A stretch of 64,000 nt of DNA from NCBI GenBank assembly GCA_030651895.1, contig JAUSBR010000012.1:54812-118811 (forward strand), in the 5' to 3' direction. Each line of letters starts with the position of its first letter. The first letter of the stretch is position 1. Source of the stretch: Sideroxyarcus sp. (GTDB taxonomy: Bacteria > Pseudomonadota > Gammaproteobacteria > Burkholderiales > Gallionellaceae). The position numbers and the translations under genes were made by a program. Under the pieces are notes generated by a model. It was not told where the DNA came from. It ran no database searches and worked only from the letters and a program-made list of their open reading frames with translations. Shown in pieces: positions 1-16,060 of the stretch.

Positions 1-47
1 TGTCGCTGAAGACCGAATTCGTTAAAAAGGCTTGATGGGGTTTCAAG

Positions 48-242
48 ATGGGTGGCTGGGGTTGTCCGCATGAACTGGATGGCAAGTGCCAGAAGGTACT
101 GAACAAGCCGTGCGACATCGGCATGAAGGGGTGCGTGCTGGCTGGGCGTTTCCGTTTTGCCGACCCGAGCAAGAACCGCCCGAAGAAGACTCAGAACGAT
201 CAGGTCTCGGCAACGCCTGCACAGGGCGATGACAAGCAATAA
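48..242 (+). CDS. Small Cys-rich hypothetical protein (64 aa)
   Basis: ATG start; WGCPHE..C..C..GMKGCVL pattern; 3' end overlaps the start of the RluA gene, operon-like. Confidence 0.55.
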   Translation: MGGWGCPHELDGKCQKVLNKPCDIGMKGCVLAGRFRFADPSKNRPKKTQNDQVSATPAQGDDKQ

Positions 243-855
243 CCCTTTCGAACTGATTTACCAGGATGACTCCCTGCTGGTGGTGAACAAGCCCGCCGGG
301 ATGCTGGCTGTGCCGGGACGCGGGGAGGACAAGCAGGATTGTCTTTCCGCGCGCTTGCAGCAAACTTTTCCCGATGCTTTGGTGGTGCACCGCCTCGATA
401 TGGCGACTTCCGGCCTGATAGTGTTCGCGCGCGGTGCCGGGATGCAGCGCAGGCTTTCGCTGGTGTTTCAGGAACGTGAGGTGAGCAAGCGCTACCTCGC
501 GATTGTATCCGGCGTGCTGGAGCGGGAGGCCGGTGAGATATCTCTGCCGTTGAGTAGCGACTGGCCGAACCGTCCCAGACAGATGGTCAATCACACGCAA
601 GGCAAGCCCTCGCTTACACGCTATCACTTGCTGGGTATGGAAAGCGGCAATTCACGTGTGGAACTGGAGCCGGTCACCGGACGCACCCATCAGCTCAGGG
701 TGCATCTTGCTGCCATCTGCCATCCCATCCTCGGCGATGCCTTGTATGGCGATGCGGCCAGTGCGCCGCGCCTGTTGTTGCATGCCTGTTCTCTGAGCTT
801 CAATCATCCTGTGAGCGGCGAGCCCTTGAACTTCGCCAGTCCGGCCCCATTTTAA
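229..855 (+). CDS. rluA: RluA-family pseudouridine synthase
   Basis: NKPAGM, HRLD (catalytic Asp), GRTHQLRVH and HPILGD motifs; ATG at 229 preferred over the upstream TTG at 157. Confidence 0.9.
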   Translation: MTSNNPFELIYQDDSLLVVNKPAGMLAVPGRGEDKQDCLSARLQQTFPDALVVHRLDMATSGLIVFARGAGMQRRLSLVFQEREVSKRYLAIVSGVLEREAGEISLPLSSDWPNRPRQMVNHTQGKPSLTRYHLLGMESGNSRVELEPVTGRTHQLRVHLAAICHPILGDALYGDAASAPRLLLHACSLSFNHPVSGEPLNFASPAPF

Positions 856-921
856 ACGCCTGACAGTGAAGCAGGCCCGACTATAATCGCCGCCGCTCTT
901 CCCTTAATTCTTGGATACATC

Positions 922-1317
922 ATGCCGCTGCCGAAAAGTGCTCTGACCATTACTGCCGGTTTCCTTGTCGTCGTAGCGGCTCTGTTCGCGGCCTATATCT
1001 GGATCGCCTTTCAATGGAGCTATTCGGAGGGCGAGCGCGCTGGGTTCATGCAGAAACTTTCCAGCAAGGGCTGGATATGCAAAACTTGGGAGGGTGAGCT
1101 TTCGCTGGTGGCTCTGCCAGGTGCAGCGCCGGAAAAGTTCATTTTCACGGTGCGCGACGATGCTGTTGCTGACAAGATCAACCAGCTGGTCGGACAGCGT
1201 GTCGCCCTGATTTACGAACAGCATAAAGGCTTGCCGACCTCGTGTTTCGGCGAGACTGAATATTTTGTCAACGACATCAGACTGCTGCCAGAGGCAAGCA
1301 AGATCCCCGGACAGTAA
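922..1317 (+). CDS. Membrane-anchored hypothetical protein
   Basis: N-terminal TM helix then YSEGERAG..KGWICKTWEGEL; host-like codon usage; TATAAT upstream at about 882. Confidence 0.75.
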   Translation: MPLPKSALTITAGFLVVVAALFAAYIWIAFQWSYSEGERAGFMQKLSSKGWICKTWEGELSLVALPGAAPEKFIFTVRDDAVADKINQLVGQRVALIYEQHKGLPTSCFGETEYFVNDIRLLPEASKIPGQ

Positions 1318-1384
1318 TGGGGATTAGCATTTGGTCTTTGCTGTTAAACTTCTTCCGTAGTATCAACCACTCATAAGGAACCGC

Positions 1385-2218
1385 ATGAAACGCTTCGCCA
1401 TCTTCCTGACCATTGTTCTGACCAGTCTTTCTTTGCTCGCTGCGAATGCCGAGGCCAAGCGCTTTGGCGGCGGTGGCAGTTTCGGCAAGCAGCGCACCTT
1501 GAGCGCTCCTGCGCAAAAGTCGACCGCTGCGCCCGCGCAGAATACCCCGGCACAACCTGCCGCACCGCAATCCACCGGAAACAAGTGGCTCGGCCCATTG
1601 GCCGGCATCGCTGCCGGTTTGGGTCTGGCTGCGCTGTTCTCGCACTTCGGTCTGGGTGAAGGCATGGGCATGCTGATGATGATCATCCTGGGCGCCGTTG
1701 CAGTGTTCTTCGTGCTCTCCCTGCTGCGCAAGAAACAGCAGCCAGCGATGCAATACGCAGGTGCAGGCGCGCCTTACGGCGGTACGCAGCAGCCGGTGAC
1801 ACAGCCCTTGAGCGGCGGCTCCAGCAGCACAGCTACGACAGCCAACATCCCCGCCGATTTCCCGGTGGACAGCTTCCTGCGCGGTGCGAAGACCACCTTC
1901 ATCCGCCTGCAGGCCGCCAATGACCGCAAGGACCTGGACGACATCCGCGAATACACGATGCCGGAGATGTTCGCCGAAGTCTCTATGCAGATGCAGGAGC
2001 GCGGTGACGCGGCACAGAAGACCGATGTGGTCTCCATCAACACCGACCTGCTGGAAGTCGTGACCGAGGGCGATCTGGCTATCGCCAGCGTACGCATGAG
2101 CGGTCAGTTGCGCGAGAACAACGGCGCGGCCGAAAGCTTCGACGAGATCTGGCATGTGCAGAAGAACCTGAAAGACGACAAAGCTGTCTGGTTGCTTGCT
2201 GGTATCCAGCAGAACTAA
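1385..2218 (+). CDS. Tim44-domain membrane protein
   Basis: Signal peptide, KRFGGGGSFG, TM hairpin, C-terminal Tim44-like FDEIWH..WLLAGIQQ; typical neighbour of ubiB; AAGGA SD. Confidence 0.9.
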   Translation: MKRFAIFLTIVLTSLSLLAANAEAKRFGGGGSFGKQRTLSAPAQKSTAAPAQNTPAQPAAPQSTGNKWLGPLAGIAAGLGLAALFSHFGLGEGMGMLMMIILGAVAVFFVLSLLRKKQQPAMQYAGAGAPYGGTQQPVTQPLSGGSSSTATTANIPADFPVDSFLRGAKTTFIRLQAANDRKDLDDIREYTMPEMFAEVSMQMQERGDAAQKTDVVSINTDLLEVVTEGDLAIASVRMSGQLRENNGAAESFDEIWHVQKNLKDDKAVWLLAGIQQN

Positions 2219-2238
2219 GGGTTTCTCAAGTAAACTAG

Positions 2239-2272
2239 AGGGCACGGTGATTTCACCGTGCCCTTTTCTTTT
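2239..2272 (+). terminator. Intrinsic terminator/attenuator between Tim44 gene and ubiB
   Basis: AGGGCACGGTGA-TT-TCACCGTGCCCT perfect stem followed by TTTCTTTT. Confidence 0.8.
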
Positions 2273-2285
2273 GGAACCGTAGGCA

Positions 2286-3809
2286 ATGCGTTTCTTCAGA
2301 TTACTCAACATCATCTTCGTCGTACTGCGCTTCGGTCTGGACGAGTTTCTGCTGGCACATGAGCGCACGAGCTGGTTGCTCCGTCCGCTGAATATGCTGC
2401 TGTTCTTCCGCAATACCGCGCGCCCTCGCGCCGAACGGCTGCGCTTGGCTCTGGAGACGCTGGGACCGATCTTCGTCAAGTTCGGCCAGATGCTTTCCAC
2501 GCGCCGCGACCTGATCCCCACCGATATCGCCGACGAACTGGCCAAGCTGCAGGATCGGGTGCCTCCTTTCGCTTCCGCGCAGGCAGTCGCACTGCTGGAA
2601 GAAGCCTATGGCAAGCCGCTGCATGATGTGTTTGCCGAGTTCGACGAGATTCCGGTCGCCAGCGCTTCTGTGGCGCAAGTGCATTTCGCCACCCTGCCGG
2701 ATGGGCGCAAGGCTGCCGTCAAGATCCTGCGCCCCGGCATCTCGCGCATCATCGCGCATGACGTGGCTTTGCTGGATATCTGTGCCGGGTTGATGGAACG
2801 CTGGTGGGAAGACGGCAAGCGCCTGAAGCCCAAGCTGGTGGTCGCCGAGTTCGAGAAGTACCTGCACGACGAGCTGGACCTGATGCGCGAGGCTGCCAAT
2901 TGCAGCCAGCTACGTCGCAATTTTGCCGATGCCAAACTGCTGCTGGTACCGGAAGTCTATTGGGACTGGTGTTCAGAAACTGTCATGGTGATGGAACGCA
3001 TGCACGGACTGCCTATCGGCAACGTTCCGGGGCTGCGGGCTGCGGGTGTCGACCTGAGCAAGCTGGCTGCCAATGGCGTCGAAATCTTCTATACACAGGT
3101 CTTCCGCGACGGCTTTTTCCACGCCGACATGCACCCGGGCAATATCCTGGTGACCCGCGACGGGCGCTATGTGGCAATGGATTTCGGCATCGTGGGCACG
3201 CTCACCGATACCGACAAGAACTACCTCGCGCAGAACTTCATCGCCTTCTTCAACCGCGACTACAAGCGCGTGGCCGAACTGCACATCGAATCGGGCTGGG
3301 CGCCGGCCGATACCCGGGTGGACGAATTCGAGGCAGCGATCCGTTCTGTGTGCGAACCCATCTTCGACAAGCCCCTGCGCGATGTTTCGTTCGGCAAGGT
3401 GTTGCTGCGCCTGTTCCAGACCTCGCGCCGCTTCGGTATCCAGATCCAGCCGCAACTGGTTTTGCTGCAGAAGACGCTGCTCAATGTGGAGGGGTTGGGG
3501 TTGCAGCTCGATCCCGAACTAGACCTGTGGAAGACCGCCAAGCCTTGGCTGGAGCGCTGGATGAGCGAGCAGGTCGGCTGGCGCGGCTTCATCAAGGCCT
3601 TGCGCACTGAAGCGCCGCGTTATGCAAACCTGCTGCCGCAACTGCCGCGTCTGTTGCATGAGCGCCTGAATGACAATCTGGCGGCAAGGGCGGCACCGCT
3701 GTTGCTCGAGATGCTCATCCAACAAAAAAAGCGCAATGCCTGGTTGATGGTCATTGCGCTTCTGTTGGGTACTTCGCTGCTGTTCGCTGCCTACACCTAC
3801 TTCGCCTAA
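2286..3809 (+). CDS. ubiB: Ubiquinone biosynthesis kinase-like protein UbiB
   Basis: [36 protein letters not shown] and DFGIVG ABC1 motifs. Confidence 0.95.
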   Translation: MRFFRLLNIIFVVLRFGLDEFLLAHERTSWLLRPLNMLLFFRNTARPRAERLRLALETLGPIFVKFGQMLSTRRDLIPTDIADELAKLQDRVPPFASAQAVALLEEAYGKPLHDVFAEFDEIPVASASVAQVHFATLPDGRKAAVKILRPGISRIIAHDVALLDICAGLMERWWEDGKRLKPKLVVAEFEKYLHDELDLMREAANCSQLRRNFADAKLLLVPEVYWDWCSETVMVMERMHGLPIGNVPGLRAAGVDLSKLAANGVEIFYTQVFRDGFFHADMHPGNILVTRDGRYVAMDFGIVGTLTDTDKNYLAQNFIAFFNRDYKRVAELHIESGWAPADTRVDEFEAAIRSVCEPIFDKPLRDVSFGKVLLRLFQTSRRFGIQIQPQLVLLQKTLLNVEGLGLQLDPELDLWKTAKPWLERWMSEQVGWRGFIKALRTEAPRYANLLPQLPRLLHERLNDNLAARAAPLLLEMLIQQKKRNAWLMVIALLLGTSLLFAAYTYFA

Positions 3810-4570
3810 ACGAATCCGCTGTCCATCAGTTCCTTGGCCAGCGCCTTGTAGTCCGCCGCGCCGGGACTCTGCGGCGCGTAAGCAAACACATCCAGACCAT
3901 GCATCGGGCTGGTGGCCAGGGCCACTGTTTCTCCGATGCGCGTCTTGCACACCAGATTGCCGTAGCGTTCCTTGAGCTTGTCGTAGATATCGTAGGAAAG
4001 TTTTCTGCGCGAATCGAACCGGGTCACCACGATGCGGCGCTCGAAACTGCGCTGCAGTTTCTTTTCCAGCACGTTCAGTGCCGCATCCAGGCGGTGCACT
4101 CCGTGTTGCGACAGATAATCTGCCGATACCGGGATCAGCACCCGGTCCGACGCCAGCAAGGCATTCAACGTCAGCACACCCAGCATCGGGCAGCAATCGA
4201 TGAGGATGGGCGCGCCGGTAAGTGTCAGCTCTTCGCCCAGGCCCTGCTTCAGCATCTTCGCGGCCTGCGGGTCGCTGCCGTACAGGGCATCAATCTTGGA
4301 AAGCTCCAATGTCGCGGGTATCAGTTGCCAGCCGGCTGGCGTGTTGTGCAGCAGCTTGGCCAGCGGGGTCTTGTCGCGGAAGAACGCAGCTATGCTGCGC
4401 TCCTGGTTGGTACCGTTCTTCAGCCCGCACGCCAGGCTCAAGTGTCCCTGCGGATCCATATCGATCGCAATGGGACTGCGCTGCGCCAATGACAGCGCAG
4501 CTGCTAGATTCAGACAGGTGGTGGTTTTTCCCACGCCGCCCTTTTGGTTGAATACGGCGATGACCGCCAT
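3806..4570 (-). CDS. Orphan ParA/Soj-family ATPase
   Basis: [11 protein letters not shown] deviant Walker A, DMDPQG, IDCCP; no adjacent parB. Confidence 0.9.
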   Translation of the reverse strand: MAVIAVFNQKGGVGKTTTCLNLAAALSLAQRSPIAIDMDPQGHLSLACGLKNGTNQERSIAAFFRDKTPLAKLLHNTPAGWQLIPATLELSKIDALYGSDPQAAKMLKQGLGEELTLTGAPILIDCCPMLGVLTLNALLASDRVLIPVSADYLSQHGVHRLDAALNVLEKKLQRSFERRIVVTRFDSRRKLSYDIYDKLKERYGNLVCKTRIGETVALATSPMHGLDVFAYAPQSPGAADYKALAKELMDSGFV

Positions 4571-4707
4571 GTTCTCTCCTCGGTGTGGGAACGGATGTTG
4601 ATGGACCTTTAACTACGGGTTTTTGGCTCCGACCGCCCTTACGGGCTTAACCTGCTGCGCAGGCTTGTCTTCACCGCAAGCCGGGAAACATCGCCATAGT
4701 AACGGTA

Positions 4708-6531
<1,824 letters not shown>

Positions 6532-6532
6532 A

Positions 6533-7897
6533 CTATTTTTTCCCTTTCACTGGACGTTGCCAGCCGACGATGGTCATTTGTTTGCTGCGCGACAAGGTCA
6601 GTTCCCCGGCAGGCACATCTTTGGTGATGGTCGAGCCGGCACCGATTGTCGCGCCCTTGCCCACCGTCACGGGTGCGACGAGTTGCGTATCCGAGCCGAT
6701 GAAGGCGTCGTCTTCGATCACGGTGCGGAATTTATTTGCGCCATCGTAGTTGCAGGTGATGGTACCCGCGCCGATGTTGACACGGCTGCCTACGGTGCTG
6801 TCGCCGATATAGCTCAGGTGGTTGGCTTTGCTGCCTTTGCCGATCTCGCTGTTCTTGATCTCGACGAAATTGCCGACATGCGCATCGTCATGCAGTTTGC
6901 TTCCGGGGCGCAGACGCGCATAGGGGCCAATGTGGCAGTTGGCGCCGACTTCGCTGCTGTCGATGTGACTATAGGGTGCGATCAGGGTGTCTTGCGCGAC
7001 GAACGCATTGCGAATAACAGTATAGGCGCCGATATGCACGCGGTCGCCCAAGGTCACTTTGCCTTCAAAGATGCAGCCGACATCGATCTCGACATCGCGC
7101 CCGCAGGACAATTCACCACGCACGTCTATGCGTGCCGGGTCGGCCAGGGTCACTCCCTGAGCCATGAGTTTGCCGGCAACTTCCTGCTGCCAGATGCGTT
7201 CCAGCGCAGCGAGTTGGTTCTTGTTGTTGATGCCTTCCACTTCCCAGCGCTGCGCGGGTTGCACGGTATGCACCGGCACACCCTGCTGCACGGCCATCGC
7301 CACGATGTCGGTGAGGTAGTACTCGCCTTGTGCATTGCTGTTCCCCAGCTTGCCCAGCCATTCTCGCAACTTGGCGGTCGGCGCGAGCATGATGCCGGTG
7401 TTCACTTCCCTGATCTCAAGCTGCTCGGGCGAAGCGTCTTTCTGTTCGACGATGCACTGCACATCTCCCTGTTTGTCGCGCACGATGCGGCCATAGCCGG
7501 TGGGGTTGTCGAGATTTACAGTGAGCAGCACTAGCCCTTCTCCCGCTTGCTGCATCTGGTGCAGGGTGCTGTGCCGGGTCAGCGGCACGTCGCCATAAAG
7601 CACTAGCGTGCGGCTGTCGTCCTTGAGGTGCGGGATAGCCTGCTGCACCGCATGGCCGGTACCAAGCTGTGGTTCCTGAATCACGAACGTTGCGCCGTAT
7701 TGCTGCATGGCCTGCGGCACGGCATCGCCGCCATGCCCGTACACCACGCACACCTGCTGCGGCTGCAACGATGTTGCGCAATCCAGCACATGCTGCACCA
7801 GCGGCTTGCCCGCCAGCGCGTGCAGTACCTTGGGCTTGTCGGAATACATGCGCGTGCCTTTGCCGGCAGCGAGGATGACGATGTTCAACGGGCTCAT
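6533..7897 (-). CDS. glmU: Bifunctional UDP-GlcNAc pyrophosphorylase/acetyltransferase
   Basis: LAAGKGTRM, hexapeptide repeats, NYDGANK. Confidence 0.98.
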   Translation of the reverse strand: MSPLNIVILAAGKGTRMYSDKPKVLHALAGKPLVQHVLDCATSLQPQQVCVVYGHGGDAVPQAMQQYGATFVIQEPQLGTGHAVQQAIPHLKDDSRTLVLYGDVPLTRHSTLHQMQQAGEGLVLLTVNLDNPTGYGRIVRDKQGDVQCIVEQKDASPEQLEIREVNTGIMLAPTAKLREWLGKLGNSNAQGEYYLTDIVAMAVQQGVPVHTVQPAQRWEVEGINNKNQLAALERIWQQEVAGKLMAQGVTLADPARIDVRGELSCGRDVEIDVGCIFEGKVTLGDRVHIGAYTVIRNAFVAQDTLIAPYSHIDSSEVGANCHIGPYARLRPGSKLHDDAHVGNFVEIKNSEIGKGSKANHLSYIGDSTVGSRVNIGAGTITCNYDGANKFRTVIEDDAFIGSDTQLVAPVTVGKGATIGAGSTITKDVPAGELTLSRSKQMTIVGWQRPVKGKK

Positions 7898-8018
7898 GTT
7901 CGGCTTTCTGAAGATGGCGGATTATAGCCGATGGCGGGCTGCTTACTAACATGTACAAAGGTCCCACCGCGACCCGGCCAGGCTGAGGTGGTGTGATTGC
8001 TTTTAGCCCGTCTGATAG

Positions 8019-8046
8019 CAAAAAAGCAGCCGAAGCTGCTTTTTTG
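8019..8046. terminator. Bidirectional intrinsic terminator of the atp operon
   Basis: CAAAAAAGCAGC-CGAA-GCTGCTTTTTTG just downstream of atpC. Confidence 0.9.
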
Positions 8047-8068
8047 TTCGATCCTGAAACGATGTCGA

Positions 8069-8494
8069 TTAGTGCGTATGCTTACGCAGTTGCTGGATGG
8101 CACGCAGTTGGGCGATGGCTTCTGCCAACTCGGCTTGTGCTTGCGCGTAGTCGATATCGGAAGTGCGGTTCTTCATCGCTTCTTCTGCGGATTGCTTGGC
8201 TTCCAATGCACGCGCCTCGTCCAGATCGGCACCGCGGATCGCGGTGTCGGCCAGGATGGTAACGACGTTGGGCTGCACTTCCAGCATGCCGCCGGACACG
8301 TAGATCAACTCTTCCTGCTCCTGGTCCGGACGCTTGATGCGCACGGCGCCCGGTTTGATGCGGGTCATCAGGGCGGTATGGCGCGGGTAGATACCCAGTT
8401 CGCCCATCTCGCCCGGTACTACGACGACTTCAGCAAGGCCGGAGAAGATCTGCTCTTCGGCGCTCACTACGTCCACATGTACGGTCATTGCCAT
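8069..8494 (-). CDS. atpC: ATP synthase F1 epsilon subunit
   Basis: [25 protein letters not shown]. Confidence 0.97.
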   Translation of the reverse strand: MAMTVHVDVVSAEEQIFSGLAEVVVVPGEMGELGIYPRHTALMTRIKPGAVRIKRPDQEQEELIYVSGGMLEVQPNVVTILADTAIRGADLDEARALEAKQSAEEAMKNRTSDIDYAQAQAELAEAIAQLRAIQQLRKHTH

Positions 8495-8511
8495 AATCGG
8501 CTCCTAATTTA

Positions 8512-9948
<1,437 letters not shown>

Positions 9949-9975
9949 CTAAATTATTTCTGAATATTTTGCCGA

Positions 9976-10842
9976 TCAGCCAATGGCTGCCGCACCACCA
10001 ACAATCTCCGAGATTTCCTTGGTGATCGCTGCCTGACGCGCTTTGTTGTAAACCAGTTTGAGCTCGCCGATGACGCTCTTCGCGTTGTCGGATGCGGCCT
10101 TCATCGCCACCATGCGCGAGCTTTGCTCGGATGCCATGTTCTCGACCACGGCCTGATACACCAAGGATTCGATGTAACGCAGCAACAATTCGTCGATGAC
10201 TTTCTTCGCATCCGGCTCGTAGATGTAATCCCAGTTGCCTTCGCTCGTGCCCAGTTGCTCGCCGCTCAACGGCAACAACTGTTCAACGCGCGGCTCCTGC
10301 TTCATCGTGTTGACGAAGTGGTTGTAGCTCAGGTAGATCGCGTCGATCTCGCCGGCGACATAGGCATCCAGCATGGCTTTCACGGCACCGATCAGTTTCT
10401 CGATGTGCGGTGTGTCGCCCAGGCCGGTCAGGTGCGATTGGACCTTGGCGCCGATGCGGTTCATGAAACTGAAACCCTTGTTGCCGATCGGGCAAACCAT
10501 GATGCCTTTGCCTTCACCTTCCCAGGTTTTCATTTCCTGCACTGCCAGACGCAGCACGTTGGTATTCAAACCACCGCATAGTCCTTTGTCCGAAGTGACG
10601 ACGATCAGACCTACGTTCTTGACGCTGTCGCGCTTGGCCAGGAATGCATGCTTGTATTCCGGGTTGGCACGCGACAAGTGTGCAGCGACGTTGCGGATCT
10701 TCTCGGCGTAGGGGCGAGCGGCACGCATGCGTTCCTGCGCTTTGCGCATCTTCGCTGCTGCCACCATTTCCATCGCACGCGTGATCTTGCGCGTATTCTC
10801 TACGCTCTTGATCTTGGTGCGGATCTCTTTACTGCCCGCCAT
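9976..10842 (-). CDS. atpG: ATP synthase F1 gamma subunit
   Basis: [30 protein letters not shown]. Confidence 0.98.
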   Translation of the reverse strand: MAGSKEIRTKIKSVENTRKITRAMEMVAAAKMRKAQERMRAARPYAEKIRNVAAHLSRANPEYKHAFLAKRDSVKNVGLIVVTSDKGLCGGLNTNVLRLAVQEMKTWEGEGKGIMVCPIGNKGFSFMNRIGAKVQSHLTGLGDTPHIEKLIGAVKAMLDAYVAGEIDAIYLSYNHFVNTMKQEPRVEQLLPLSGEQLGTSEGNWDYIYEPDAKKVIDELLLRYIESLVYQAVVENMASEQSSRMVAMKAASDNAKSVIGELKLVYNKARQAAITKEISEIVGGAAAIG

Positions 10843-10855
10843 AACTCACCTCGAC

Positions 10856-12397
10856 TCAGTAGACTGCAGTTGCCTTGAAGGCTTCGATCGCGGTTGTCAG
10901 CACTTTTTCGTTGTCTGCGGACAGGTCCTTGGTCGATTCGATCGCGTCGAACAATTCCTTGTTCTTGGAACCGAGATAAGCGTGCAGTGCCGATTCGAAC
11001 GCCAGTGCCTTGTTAACAGGCACGTCGTCGAAGTAGCCCTTGTTCACCGCGAACAGGGTTGCGGCCATCTTGGAGATGGACAGCGGCGAGTACTGCAATT
11101 GCTTCATCAGTTCGGTCACCATGCGGCCACGCTCGAGTTGCTTGCGGGTCGATTCGTCCAGGTCGGAAGCGAACTGCGCGAACGCAGCCAGTTCACGATA
11201 CTGGGCCAGTGCCAGACGCACACCGCCACCCAGCTTCTTGATGACCTTGGTCTGTGCTGCACCACCCACGCGGGACACCGATACACCGGCGTTGATCGCG
11301 GGACGGATACCGGCGTTGAACAGGTCGGCTTCCAGGAAGATCTGGCCGTCGGTGATGGAGATCACGTTGGTCGGCACGAATGCGGACACGTCACCTGCCT
11401 GTGTTTCGATGATCGGCAGCGCAGTCAGCGAACCGGTCTTGCCTTTGACGGCGCCGTTGGTGAATTTCTCGACGAAGTCGGCATTCACACGCGCTGCGCG
11501 CTCCAGCAGACGGGAGTGCAGATAGAACACGTCGCCGGGGTAAGCTTCGCGGCCCGGCGGACGGCGCAGCAACAGGGAGATCTGACGATACGCCCATGCT
11601 TGCTTGGTCAAGTCGTCATAAACGATCAGTGCGTCTTCGCCGCGATCGCGGAAGTATTCGCCCATGGTGCAACCGGCATAGGGTGCCAGGAACTGCATCG
11701 CGGCGGAGTCGGAAGCGGTAGCTGCCACGACGATGGTGTATTCCAGCGCGCCGTGCTCTTCCAGTTTGCGTACCACGTTGGCAACGGTCGATGCTTTCTG
11801 GCCGATAGCGACGTAGATACAGGTCATGTTCTGACCCTTCTGGTTGATGATGGCGTCAACGGCAACAGCGGTCTTGCCTGTCTGGCGGTCGCCGATGATC
11901 AGTTCGCGCTGGCCGCGGCCGACGGGAACCATGGCGTCGATGGACTTCAGACCGGTTTGCACGGGCTGGTCAACAGACTTACGGGCGATAACACCGGGAG
12001 CGACCTTTTCGATCTTGTCGGTCATCTTGGCGTTGACCGGACCTTTACCGTCGATCGGCTGGCCCAGCGCGTTCACTACGCGACCGCGCAGTTCGGGGCC
12101 GACCGGCACTTCCAGGATGCGGCCGGTACATTTGACTGTATCGCCTTCGGTGATGTGTTCGTATTCGCCCAGAATAACGGCGCCGACGGAGTCGCGCTCG
12201 AGGTTCAGCGCCAGACCGAAGGTGTTGCCGGGGAATTCCAGCATCTCGCCCTGCATCACATCGGACAAGCCGTGCACGCGAACGATACCGTCGGTCACGC
12301 TGACCACCGTACCTTCGGTGCGCGCCTGGGTCAGTGCTTCGAAGTTATCGATGCGACTGCGGATCAAATTGCTAATTTCGGAAGGGTTGAGCTTCAT
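10856..12397 (-). CDS. atpA: ATP synthase F1 alpha subunit
   Basis: [28 protein letters not shown]. Confidence 0.99.
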   Translation of the reverse strand: MKLNPSEISNLIRSRIDNFEALTQARTEGTVVSVTDGIVRVHGLSDVMQGEMLEFPGNTFGLALNLERDSVGAVILGEYEHITEGDTVKCTGRILEVPVGPELRGRVVNALGQPIDGKGPVNAKMTDKIEKVAPGVIARKSVDQPVQTGLKSIDAMVPVGRGQRELIIGDRQTGKTAVAVDAIINQKGQNMTCIYVAIGQKASTVANVVRKLEEHGALEYTIVVAATASDSAAMQFLAPYAGCTMGEYFRDRGEDALIVYDDLTKQAWAYRQISLLLRRPPGREAYPGDVFYLHSRLLERAARVNADFVEKFTNGAVKGKTGSLTALPIIETQAGDVSAFVPTNVISITDGQIFLEADLFNAGIRPAINAGVSVSRVGGAAQTKVIKKLGGGVRLALAQYRELAAFAQFASDLDESTRKQLERGRMVTELMKQLQYSPLSISKMAATLFAVNKGYFDDVPVNKALAFESALHAYLGSKNKELFDAIESTKDLSADNEKVLTTAIEAFKATAVY

Positions 12398-12427
12398 CTG
12401 GATTTCCTCATTCTTGAAAATTCTTTA

Positions 12428-12961
12428 TCAGGCTAGCGCGTTCGCCATTTCACCGAGTCGGGTGCGTGCAGAACCGTCGATCACTTTGTCTCCGGCACGG
12501 ATCACTACGCCACCCAGCAATTCCTTGTTGATCTGACAGACCAGCTTGATCTCGCGACCCAAGCGCTTCTTCAGCGAGCTGACGATCTTGTCCTGCTGTG
12601 CAGCGGACAGTTCGAATGCAGAGTCCACCACCACGTTCACGGTCTTTTCCGCATCCGCTTTCAGCGCTTCGAACAATCCGGAGATCTCGGGCAACACCAG
12701 CAGTCGCTGGTTGTCGGCCAGGATGCGCACGAAGTTACGCTGTTGCGCACTGGCATCTTTTCCGACCAGCGCTTCCATCAGGCCTTCGACCTGTTTCTTC
12801 GCTACGCGCGGGTTGGTGACGATGGCGCGCATATCAGGATGGTTGACCGCCTCGGCCAGAGACAGCAGCATCTCCGACCATGCCTTCAGTGCGTTCAGCT
12901 TTTGCGCCTCATCGAATGCCGCTTGGGCATAAGGGCGTGCAGTGGTTATGGCTTCGGACAT
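12428..12961 (-). CDS. atpH: ATP synthase delta subunit
   Basis: ARPYAQA, LLGGVVIRAGDKVIDGS. Confidence 0.97.
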   Translation of the reverse strand: MSEAITTARPYAQAAFDEAQKLNALKAWSEMLLSLAEAVNHPDMRAIVTNPRVAKKQVEGLMEALVGKDASAQQRNFVRILADNQRLLVLPEISGLFEALKADAEKTVNVVVDSAFELSAAQQDKIVSSLKKRLGREIKLVCQINKELLGGVVIRAGDKVIDGSARTRLGEMANALA

Positions 12962-12966
12962 GGCGT

Positions 12967-13437
12967 TCAGATTTCCGCGACGAGTTTGTCGAGCAGATCG
13001 TTATGTGCCTTGGCGTCGATCTCGCGACCGAGGATCTTGCCTGCGCCGGCCAGTGCGATCGCGGAAACTTGCGTACGCAGTTGCTCCTTGGCGCGGAACA
13101 CTTCCTGATCGATCTCGGCCTTGGCACCGGCGACGATACGGTCGCCTTCCACTTTGGCCTGATTCTTGGCTTCTTCGACGATCTCGCTGGCGCGTTTTTC
13201 GCCATTGGTCACGATCTCGCCCGCCTTTTCCTTCGCTTCGCGCAGGATCTCGGCGGAACGCTTGGAAGCCAGTTCGAGGTCGTGCTTGGCACGCTCGGCA
13301 TCAGCCAAACCGTCGGCGATCTGCTTCTTGCGCTCATCCAGTGCCGCCACGATGGGCGTCCAGACGAACTTCATGCAGAACCATACGAACAGCACGAACA
13401 TGATGAGCTGGGCGAGAAGAGTTGCATTGATATTCAT
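12967..13437 (-). CDS. atpF: ATP synthase F0 b subunit
   Basis: [17 protein letters not shown] followed by coiled coil. Confidence 0.97.
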   Translation of the reverse strand: MNINATLLAQLIMFVLFVWFCMKFVWTPIVAALDERKKQIADGLADAERAKHDLELASKRSAEILREAKEKAGEIVTNGEKRASEIVEEAKNQAKVEGDRIVAGAKAEIDQEVFRAKEQLRTQVSAIALAGAGKILGREIDAKAHNDLLDKLVAEI

Positions 13438-13478
13438 GCAAGCTACCTTTCTTAGTTAAACGTTTCGTGTCGCGCGGA

Positions 13479-13751
<273 letters not shown>

Positions 13752-13767
13752 TTAATGAAACTAAAAA

Positions 13768-15064
<1,297 letters not shown>

Positions 15065-15101
15065 TTGTTTTTCTTGGACTTCGGCTCGAAAAAGCGCCGA
15101 G

Positions 15102-15130
15102 ATGATAGCGGCGTTCAGCTGGGGTGTCAA
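15102..15130 (-). promoter_or_regulatory. Sigma70 promoter of the atp operon
   Basis: Minus strand TTGACA-17 bp-TATCAT. Confidence 0.75.
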
Positions 15131-15167
15131 ACCCTGTTGCGCGGTCGCGGCCTCCGCATCGCCCATC

Positions 15168-16037
15168 TCAGCGTCCTTTTCTGAGTCCGCTGAGCAGTTC
15201 ATCTAGGTGGTCGTTGCTGGAATATTCGATGAGAAGTTTGCCGCCGCCCTTGCTGTTCGACTTTATTTCCACTCGTGCGCCCAGTTGGGCACTCAATTCA
15301 TCCTGCAACTGCTGGGTATCGCGATTCGTTTTGCCCGCTTGCTTGCCGGAGGTCGTTTTGGCCGGAGCCGCTTCACCCTGCTGTTGCACCAGCTTCTCCG
15401 CCTCACGCACCGACAAGCCTTCCAGCACAATCTTGTTCGCCAGCAATATTTGATGCGCGCCTTCGAGCGAGAGCAGCGCGCGAGCGTGGCCCATGTCCAA
15501 AGACCCTTCCATCAGCATGTCCTGCACTGCCTGCGGCAATTTGAGCAATCGCAGCAGGTTACTGGCGGCGCTGCGCGAGCGGCCGACTGCATCGGCAGCG
15601 GCCTGGTGTGTCATCTGGAATTCGTCGATCAGACGCTGGATACCGATGGCTTCTTCCAACGGGTTCAGGTCTTCACGCTGGATGTTCTCGATCAGCGCCA
15701 TGGCCAGTGCTGCGTTGTCCGGTACTTTGCGCACGATGACCGGCACGATCTTCAGTTCGGCCAGTTGCGCCGCACGCCAGCGGCGCTCACCGGCGATGAT
15801 CTCGTAACCACCTTCCGGCAGTTCGCGTGCCAGGATAGGCTGCATCACGCCCTGCACCCGGATCGAAGCCGCGAGTTCGTTCAGTGATGCTTCGTCCATG
15901 CGGCTGCGCGGCTGATATTTGCCGGGCTTGAGTTGCTCGACTTTCAGGTCGCGCAATACGTCGTTCTGTTTCGATGTGCTATTGCCCGAAAGCAGCGCGT
16001 CCAAACCGCGCCCCAGGCCCTTGATCGGTTTTGCCAT
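15168..16037 (-). CDS. parB: Chromosome partitioning protein ParB
   Basis: GLGRGLDALL, GERRWRAA (CTPase motif), ENIQREDL, HTH. Confidence 0.97.
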   Translation of the reverse strand: MAKPIKGLGRGLDALLSGNSTSKQNDVLRDLKVEQLKPGKYQPRSRMDEASLNELAASIRVQGVMQPILARELPEGGYEIIAGERRWRAAQLAELKIVPVIVRKVPDNAALAMALIENIQREDLNPLEEAIGIQRLIDEFQMTHQAAADAVGRSRSAASNLLRLLKLPQAVQDMLMEGSLDMGHARALLSLEGAHQILLANKIVLEGLSVREAEKLVQQQGEAAPAKTTSGKQAGKTNRDTQQLQDELSAQLGARVEIKSNSKGGGKLLIEYSSNDHLDELLSGLRKGR

Positions 16038-16060
16038 GATTTTCCCTTAATTGAAACTTG

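Noticed and set aside
4575-4705. glmS ribozyme or c-di-GMP riboswitch
   Set aside because: Lies downstream, not upstream, of glmS and lacks the conserved cores of either RNA; kept only as an unassigned structured leader.
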